Source: Lepidodermella squamata (lineage: Eukaryota > Animalia > Gastrotricha). From it: a stretch of 64,000 bases of DNA. The stretch is from the NCBI GenBank assembly GCA_047495785.1, contig JBLDXI010000003.1, forward strand, positions 2,728,001-2,792,000, given 5' to 3'. Below are positions 61,401-64,000 of the stretch, in pieces. Position numbers and translations under genes: made by a program. How positions within the stretch are numbered: position 1 is the stretch's first letter; each line of letters opens with the position of its first letter. The notes beneath the pieces were generated by a model, which did not search any database, had not been told where the DNA came from, and saw only the letters and a program-made list of their open reading frames with translations.

Positions 61401-63895
61401 CCGCTACGCAGTTCGATCGCCAGTCCGAAAAACGGCGCGAATTTCGTACAGATGAATTTGAAATCGCTGGCCTACTTTGGACGAAAATGTTTAGTAATTC
61501 GCGATCGAGCGTGCTGCTCGAGAAAATTCGTCGATTTCTCGCGCCGAGAACTGTGTCGATTTCAGCTCGTCTCGACAAGTTGTTTGTTTTTGACAGTGAA
61601 CATGAACTCAACGTGAAGTCATCTTCGCCGCCTGGGGAATCGTTTGGCCAAATCACCGTTTTCCTGCCTAGCAAAGTTACGGGTGGCAATTTAACTGCTC
61701 GTCAATACGAAAAAGAGCTGGAAATCGATCTTTCGAAAATCTCAAACAGGTTTGTACTCAACTTATTTCTCAGCTTGACCTTTTGGAAAGAATCGAAAGA
61801 AGAAAAGAATGGAAATTCCCTTTTTATTCCAAGTTAATGTGAAATAATGAAAGTAAAGTCAGTCTACCATTGAAAATTGCGAGATGGGCGAGTGATAGGG
61901 CTCAACTTCTGGGTTTTTGTTGTCGCTTTCTTCGCAAGCTGAAATGATCGGAAAAATGTTAGTTCGTGGCCCAATTGTCGGTTCTTTGTATTTCCGAAAC
62001 ATTTTGGCCGTATAGCAATATAAAAATTTAATCGATAAACGTGAGGTCCCCGGTCAACCAGCAAGACTGAAATAGCCAAGAAACTACTTTTATCCTAAGT
62101 AGCGAACTGCCTTTCAGGGCCAAATAGGGCCAGTTTTTATAGCAACGAGGCACACGATATATAGCTCGTCGGGTTTGGAAATGTCAATAAGCGAGACTAT
62201 CACGAGCTGTGACATCTTGCCGTTAACTTTGAGACATTTTGAGTCTAGCCAGTGGATAGCGCTGTCAAGGTCATTTTCAGGTGCTGATTTCAATTCAGAA
62301 TCATTTTTGGCTGCAAAATATATAGTGATGTCATCAGCGTATTGGATTACGGTGGATTTTGTGATGAAATTGGCAACTTGTTATCACAAATTGTGAATAG
62401 TAAAGATCCCAATGCAGAGCCCTGTGGCACTCCATACTTCGGATGAACTGTGACCGAAGTTTTTCGAGTTACTTTGGTCAAATATTAGAAGTTATCTTGG
62501 TTTGGAGGAACCTTCGTGCCTTGTCCATCAAAGCAACGTTGTAGTCTTGATTGCGGTATCGGCATAAATCAGCCAAGACACCGATTTCCTCAAATTCACG
62601 GGACTAGTAGCAACTGTAGTGAACTTGCTCCGAGTTCTATAAATTAAATTGAATTAAACAATGGCGCCAAGAGCTTGGACATTTAGCCGGTGTGATTTCT
62701 TACCGTTAACCTTGAGGCATTTTGAAGTACTGATTCAAATTCAATATCGTCAGCGCGTTAGATTACCTTGGATTTTAGTGATGAAAGGGGCAACTCGTTT
62801 ACATAAATTGTGAATGCAGAGCCCTGTGGCACTCCATACTTCAGATGAATTGTGACCGAAGTTTTTCGATAAAATGACAACGTGTATTAAAGGGAATTTT
62901 TTTATTGCATCTCTCGGCAATTTATTATTTCATCGGGTATCGGGCTGACCTTTATTGGAAAAGTTGAAAGCATTAATCTCAACAAGTGGCAGATTTGTAT
63001 TTCGACAGATTGCTACAAATTATATGCTTTTATTCCTTTTTAGCAAATGCAAAGCGGTAGCCTTTTTCAATGCGTGGCCTTGCAAGCTTCAGCCGATCGA
63101 ATCCGGCCGATTGATCTGCCTGCGATATTTCCTAACCTACGAAGGTTCGATCAAACCTACCGCCCCGCTGTCAACCATGCTGTTAGAAAGCCGAATTTCA
63201 ACCCTGTTCAACGGCCTGATGTCTCTCCCTAGCTGGCAAGATGGCTCCCGGTCAATCGGATACATTTTTCAGCACAAATATTCTGCAGCCAGACTTCTTA
63301 ATTCGAGCAATAACAGCCTTTTGGGTAGTGATAGAATTGCTCACGAAGCTCTGACGAAAGGTGAATCGACCCCGTTTGAAATCGAAATCTTGCCTGTTGT
63401 TATCGAGGCTAATGCTCGCTGCCCTGTTGAGGACACCTACAAAGAAGCCGAATCATACTTTTTCGACTGTATCTGCAATAACAGGACTGTCGATGTGAAA
63501 ATCAATCGTTTATCAGCCAAGGCTGTAAAAGCCCTGAAAACTGTTGATTCGAGTGAGATGAGTGACAACAGCGACTGTGATGATGTTATTGGCGATGACA
63601 AAGGAAGTGGCGGCGCGTTAGCTGATTTCACGTTGAATTTTGAGGGTGGCAAAAAGACTGATCTCAAAATTCGGTTCGTTCAGGATTGGAGGAAAATCGC
63701 GATAACTCGAACTGTTGAATCGAAGATCTCTAAAGCTGGCAACTCCATGGTCGAGTAAGTTATTTTCCTTCTGAAAGTTGCTTTTATGAAATTTCGTGAA
63801 ATAGATGGGAATTCAAGTTTCATGCATCAGCAATGCTGATTAAGGCGGCGAAAGGTGCGAAGGGTAAAAGAAAAACTGCCGCTAAGCGGGGCTAA
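58469..63895 (+). CDS. SAP domain + degenerate 2OG-Fe(II) oxygenase-like protein, paralog 3, with Lys-rich tail (exons ~58469-58604, 58733-58881, 61139-61165, 61220-61749, 63044-63754, 63805-63895)
   Basis: IPELQRECERRGLTTEGRK/KLLAERLQ (SAP); RLDKLFVF...FGQITVFLPSKVTGGNL; CKAVAFF...LQPIESGRLICLRYFL; tail KAAKGAKGKRKTAAKRG*. Confidence 0.7.
59200..60960 (-). pseudogene. Decayed TE-derived sequence in an intron
   Basis: Fragmented minus-strand ORFs; shares a ~200-bp block with the 56430 region. Confidence 0.35.
62150..62870 (-). pseudogene. Decayed LINE reverse-transcriptase fragment, partially duplicated
   Basis: Minus strand GVPQGSALGSLLFTI (~62390-62435) and YADDIT (~62325-62345); second copy ~62745-62870. 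Confidence 0.75.
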
Positions 63896-64000
63896 AACTG
63901 ACACTGTTTTTTCACGTGTTTTATCAATCAATGAATAATCGAATAATAAACTTTGGTCACACTAGTTCTGTTTACAGCTCTTCAGTGAATGGTTTTTGTT

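Noticed and set aside
62109-62121. Partial histone stem-loop look-alike GCCTTTCAGGGCC
   Set aside because: Incomplete stem, no histone ORF and no downstream element.

Overview
Eukaryotic (animal) genomic DNA: AT-rich intergenic and intronic sequence, short GT-AG introns and replication-dependent histone stem-loops. It is probably a marine invertebrate; an acoel-like gene content is only my impression. Contents in order: a partial DUF288/STELLO-like gene; a degenerate transmembrane nucleotide cyclase; an orphan membrane protein; seven secreted His/Arg/Lys/Gln-rich low-complexity protein genes dispersed through the window, six with the same signal-peptide exon architecture; and a single histone quartet (H3<- ->H4, H2A<- ->H2B). 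An intact two-ORF non-LTR retrotransposon sits between the putative TATA and initiator of H4, and its 3' end copies the target sequence. Further on are a head-to-head pair of Cys-rich secreted paralogs, a split three-finger (Ly6)-like gene, three catalytically degenerate 2OG-Fe(II)-oxygenase-like genes (two with SAP domains, one probably fused to a macroH2A-type macro domain), two minimal AMPA/kainate-like glutamate receptor genes lacking both the ATD and the M2 pore loop, a nested intronless Cys-loop receptor, and many MITEs and TE relics. Top candidates for new biology: (1) a histone-H4-promoter-targeting LINE, (2) pore-loop-less iGluRs, (3) the chromatin pseudo-dioxygenase family with a macro-domain fusion, (4) the secreted basic/His-rich protein family, (5) an atypical 39-nt histone 3' processing cassette. 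Exon boundaries were inferred by eye from splice signals and frame continuity; no database searches were run.
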